A DNA stretch of 49,109 bases from positions 1 through 49,109 of the forward strand of contig VGJJ01000003.1 in NCBI GenBank assembly GCA_016867455.1. The letters run 5' to 3'. The notes under the pieces were generated by a model. It was not told the origin of the DNA and did no database searches. It saw only the letters and a list, made by a program, of their open reading frames with translations. The translations under genes and the position numbers were made by a program. Source of the stretch: Candidatus Iainarchaeum sp. (GTDB taxonomy: Archaea > Iainarchaeota > Iainarchaeia > Iainarchaeales > VGJJ01). Positions 46,240 through 49,109 of this stretch are shown here, one piece after another; the stretch's first letter is position 1, and every line of letters begins with the position of its first letter.

Positions 46240-46830
46240 ATGTATACACTCGCAACGATTCGAGACACTATTCGCGTGACACCCAACAAGTTCACGAGCG
46301 ATCTGAACCAATCCATCTTAACGATTGTCCGCGGAGACTTAGAAGGACTTGTGGATAGCGAATTAGGCGTTGTTGTTGCGGTAACCGACGCGAAACGAAG
46401 AGGTGAAGGAAAAATTGTTCCCGGTGATGCCGCCGCGTATTTTGATTCCGAAGTCACACTCTTGACATACAAGCCCCAAGTCAATGAAACGGTGGAAGGA
46501 TTCATTTCCGAAGCCACTGAATTTGGCGCATTTTTGAAAATAGGACCGGTTGAAGGACTCATTCACGTTTCTCAAATCGCGGATGATTTCATCACGTACG
46601 ATGCCAAAGTCCCCGGATTCGTGGGACGCGACAGCAAACGCACCCTCAAAGTGGGAGACCAAGTCATGGCACGCATCGTTTCAGTATCCATGAAGAACAC
46701 GATTCCCGATTCCAAAATAGGATTAACCATGCGACAACCCGGCTTAGGCAAAAAAGAATGGGCCAAACTCAAAAAAGTCGTTCGCACGGAAAAGAAAAAA
46801 GCACCCCCTAAGGGAGGCGACTCCGAATGA
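46240..46830 (+). CDS. rpo7: RNA polymerase subunit Rpo7 (RpoE1)
   Basis: GKIVPGD.AAY, EFGAF..IGP.EGLIHVSQI, GLTMRQPGLGK. Confidence 0.96.
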   Translation: MYTLATIRDTIRVTPNKFTSDLNQSILTIVRGDLEGLVDSELGVVVAVTDAKRRGEGKIVPGDAAAYFDSEVTLLTYKPQVNETVEGFISEATEFGAFLKIGPVEGLIHVSQIADDFITYDAKVPGFVGRDSKRTLKVGDQVMARIVSVSMKNTIPDSKIGLTMRQPGLGKKEWAKLKKVVRTEKKKAPPKGGDSE

Positions 46831-47021
46831 GTAAAGAAAAAGCCTGCCGCACATGCCACAAACTCTCCGAAGACGTGAAAGAATGCCCCGTGTGTAAAGG
46901 AACAGACTTGACCACGTTCTGGTCCGGATTCTCACTCGTTGTAAACGCCGAAAAAAGCGAAGTCGCCCAAAAAATGGGTGTCAAAACGAATGGAAAATAC
47001 GCATTAAGGCTTAGTCGATAA
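46827..47021 (+). CDS. spt4: Transcription elongation factor Spt4 (RpoE2)
   Basis: ACRTC...CPVC...WSG...S.VA..MG...G.YAL. Confidence 0.95.
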   Translation: MSKEKACRTCHKLSEDVKECPVCKGTDLTTFWSGFSLVVNAEKSEVAQKMGVKTNGKYALRLSR

Positions 47022-47049
47022 TTCATGGGAATAGTGAACAAAGGGGGAA

Positions 47050-47367
47050 ATGAACATGGAATTAGAAATCGAAGGACGACACAAGAACATGCTCTTACAC
47101 CGAGAGGAAATCAACTTCGAAATACTCAACGTGAAGAAAACCCCCTCTCGAGCCGAAGTCCGAGCCAAGATTGCCGGATCATTAGGCGTGAATGAAGAAC
47201 TCGTCATGGTGGATGAAATCGACCACGAGTTTGGAAGTACTCGCATTGTGGGATTTGCCAAAAAATATGATAGTGTGGAAGACTTGAAACGAATCGAATC
47301 CACGCACATGCGCAAACGCCACGGCGAACAAATAGAAGAAAAGAAAAAAGACGAAGAAAAGAAATAA
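47050..47367 (+). CDS. rps24e: Ribosomal protein S24e
   Basis: N.LL.R.E, TPSR.EV, FG....G.AK.Y. Confidence 0.95.
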   Translation: MNMELEIEGRHKNMLLHREEINFEILNVKKTPSRAEVRAKIAGSLGVNEELVMVDEIDHEFGSTRIVGFAKKYDSVEDLKRIESTHMRKRHGEQIEEKKKDEEKK

Positions 47368-47398
47368 TCACCATTAACCAAGGAAAAGGTGGGTAAAC

Positions 47399-47602
47399 AT
47401 GGCCGGAAAAGAAACTTCCAAAAAAGATGCAAACGAGAAAAAAACCAGTAAATCAACATTATACGAAAGCAAAGGCGAACAAATCAAACGCGCACGTAAA
47501 CACTGCCCCAAATGCGGACCCGGAGTGTTCCTCGCCCAACACTCCACCAGGGAAAGCTGCGGAAACTGCGGGTATAGCGAATGGAAAGCCAAATCAGCGT
47601 AA
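47399..47602 (+). CDS. rps27ae: Ribosomal protein S27ae
   Basis: CPKCGPGVFLAQH..R..CG.CGY. Confidence 0.96.
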   Translation: MAGKETSKKDANEKKTSKSTLYESKGEQIKRARKHCPKCGPGVFLAQHSTRESCGNCGYSEWKAKSA

Positions 47603-48114
47603 CCATTTTCTACGCTTTACCGGCCATCGGAATGCTCATCGCGAGCATTCTACTCATTCTCTTTTTCAAAAAACCATTCACAAGCATAATCGGAACATTT
47701 TCTCCCCGACAAACCATTTTGAATGGAATCATTATTTTTTGCCAATTACTACTCGTGAGCTTGTTCATCGATCTTTTTACTAAAAGTATGGGAATCAATG
47801 ACACGCAACTCGTGGAACAAACCATTTCCACGCTGCGCACGTTTAACACGGAAACTATTGCGACTATTATTGGAAATGTGGCCATCGAAGAATTATTTTT
47901 TAGAGGAATCATTTACACGTGGTTAGGGAGTGCCGTTTCCATCCTATTATTCGGATTATTCCACACGGGTTATCAATCCTGGATACAGTTGGCCGCATCA
48001 CTTGCCGCGGGATACATTCTCATCCGTTCACGTGAACAAAACCAATCCATTTTTCCAGGCATAATTGGACACGCGTTATATAATCTCGTGATTATTTTCA
48101 TCTTAAGTTCATAA
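47581..48114 (+). CDS. CPBP (CAAX/Abi) intramembrane metalloprotease
   Basis: EELFFRG, FGLFH and H.LYN motifs. Confidence 0.88.
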   Translation: MESQISVTIFYALPAIGMLIASILLILFFKKPFTSIIGTFSPRQTILNGIIIFCQLLLVSLFIDLFTKSMGINDTQLVEQTISTLRTFNTETIATIIGNVAIEELFFRGIIYTWLGSAVSILLFGLFHTGYQSWIQLAASLAAGYILIRSREQNQSIFPGIIGHALYNLVIIFILSS

Positions 48115-48132
48115 CACGCAGGATGACTAACC

Positions 48133-49107
48133 ATGTACGCACTCGGAATCGAATCCACTGCCCACACATTCGGAATAGGAATCGTGGATGAAAAAGGCAA
48201 TGTCCTCGCCAATGAAAAAATGACGTATACGAATCCCGATGCGGGAATACATCCCCGATTAGCGGCCGAGTTTCATCTCGCCAATGGAAAAAACGTCCTA
48301 ACGCGTGCTCTCAACACGGCCAATCTCTCCATCAACGACATGGATGTCATTGGCTTCGCACAGGGACCAGGACTAGGGCCCTGCCTGCGCGTGGGAGCGA
48401 TTACCGCACGCTATCTCTCCACGCTCGCCAACAAACCAATCTTAGGAGTCAATCATTGTGTAGCCCACATTTCCATCGGAAAAAACAAAACACCCTCCAC
48501 TAATCCGGTTGTCGTATATACATCAGGAGCGAATACGCAAATTATTGCCGAAGAAAATGGAAAATACCGCGTGCTGGGAGAAACACTCGACATGGGAGTG
48601 GGAAACGCCCTCGACCAATTCGGAAGAAAACTCGGACTAGGATTTCCCGCAGGACCAGTCATTGATGAGAACTATTTTCTCGGAAAAAAATACATTCCTC
48701 TACCCTATTCCGTAAAAGGAATGGACCTCGTTTTCGCGGGACTACTCACCGAGGCCACAAGCCAAATAGGAAAACATGACGTGAACGATTTGTGTTACTC
48801 CTTCATGCACACCGCATTCTGCATGGTGGCCGAAGTCACGGAACGAGCACTTGCCCACTCGGAAAAAAAAGAAGTCCTAGTAACCGGAGGCGTGGCCGCG
48901 TCCCGCGCACTCACTCACATTTTACAAAAACTCTGCGACGAACGCGGAGCAACCCTGCACGTGGTGCCGCGTGCATACGCGATGGACAATGGAGCCATGA
49001 TCGCGTGGCAAACCCTCTTAGAACACCGCGGGGGGAGAAAACAGCGCATGGAAGATACGCAAGTGGAACAACGTTATCGCACGGATCACGTAGACATTTT
49101 CTGGTGA
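48133..49107 (+). CDS. kae1: t6A synthase Kae1 (stand-alone, not fused to Bud32)
   Basis: LGIESTAHT, GPGLGPCL, NHCVAH, SGANTQ, DNGAMIA, RYRTD; stop TGA at 49105-49107. Confidence 0.96.
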   Translation: MYALGIESTAHTFGIGIVDEKGNVLANEKMTYTNPDAGIHPRLAAEFHLANGKNVLTRALNTANLSINDMDVIGFAQGPGLGPCLRVGAITARYLSTLANKPILGVNHCVAHISIGKNKTPSTNPVVVYTSGANTQIIAEENGKYRVLGETLDMGVGNALDQFGRKLGLGFPAGPVIDENYFLGKKYIPLPYSVKGMDLVFAGLLTEATSQIGKHDVNDLCYSFMHTAFCMVAEVTERALAHSEKKEVLVTGGVAASRALTHILQKLCDERGATLHVVPRAYAMDNGAMIAWQTLLEHRGGRKQRMEDTQVEQRYRTDHVDIFW

Positions 49108-49109
49108 AT

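Overview
Chromosomal window of a small-genome archaeon. Gene content and order suggest DPANN, possibly Iainarchaeota/Diapherotrites-like; the taxonomy is inference. From left to right: (i) a secreted-protein/lipoprotein pair, aTrm56, TFE and an initiator tRNA-Met with an unusual C8; (ii) an AT-rich, palindrome-rich block with a winged-helix gene, a PRC-barrel gene and XerA; (iii) mixed genes including a large lipoprotein, two UbiC-like paralogs, Taw1, a second PRC-barrel, a truncated aRqcH and a pseudo-transglutaminase; (iv) a ~15 kb archaeal type IV pilus locus with minor pilins, a vWA/beta-propeller adhesin, a degenerate PLD-LTD protein, an ATPase, two TadC-like proteins, KaiC-like ATPases and a major pilin; (v) a second surface-structure operon paralogous to the pair at the window start; (vi) the conserved rpl7ae-rps28e-rpl24e-ndk-infB-rps6e-eif2g-PIN-rpo7-spt4-rps24e-rps27ae-kae1 cluster, interrupted by dut/dcd, two antisense Yip1 genes and a CPBP protease. 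The top leads are a Yip1 membrane protein fused to a close copy of the cell's own major pilin head, a candidate donor-strand-type fibre system present in two copies, and a ~30-bp REP-like hairpin element in three copies, one flanked by a synonymously recoded duplication of a gene end. All alignments and counts were done by eye; no database searches were run.
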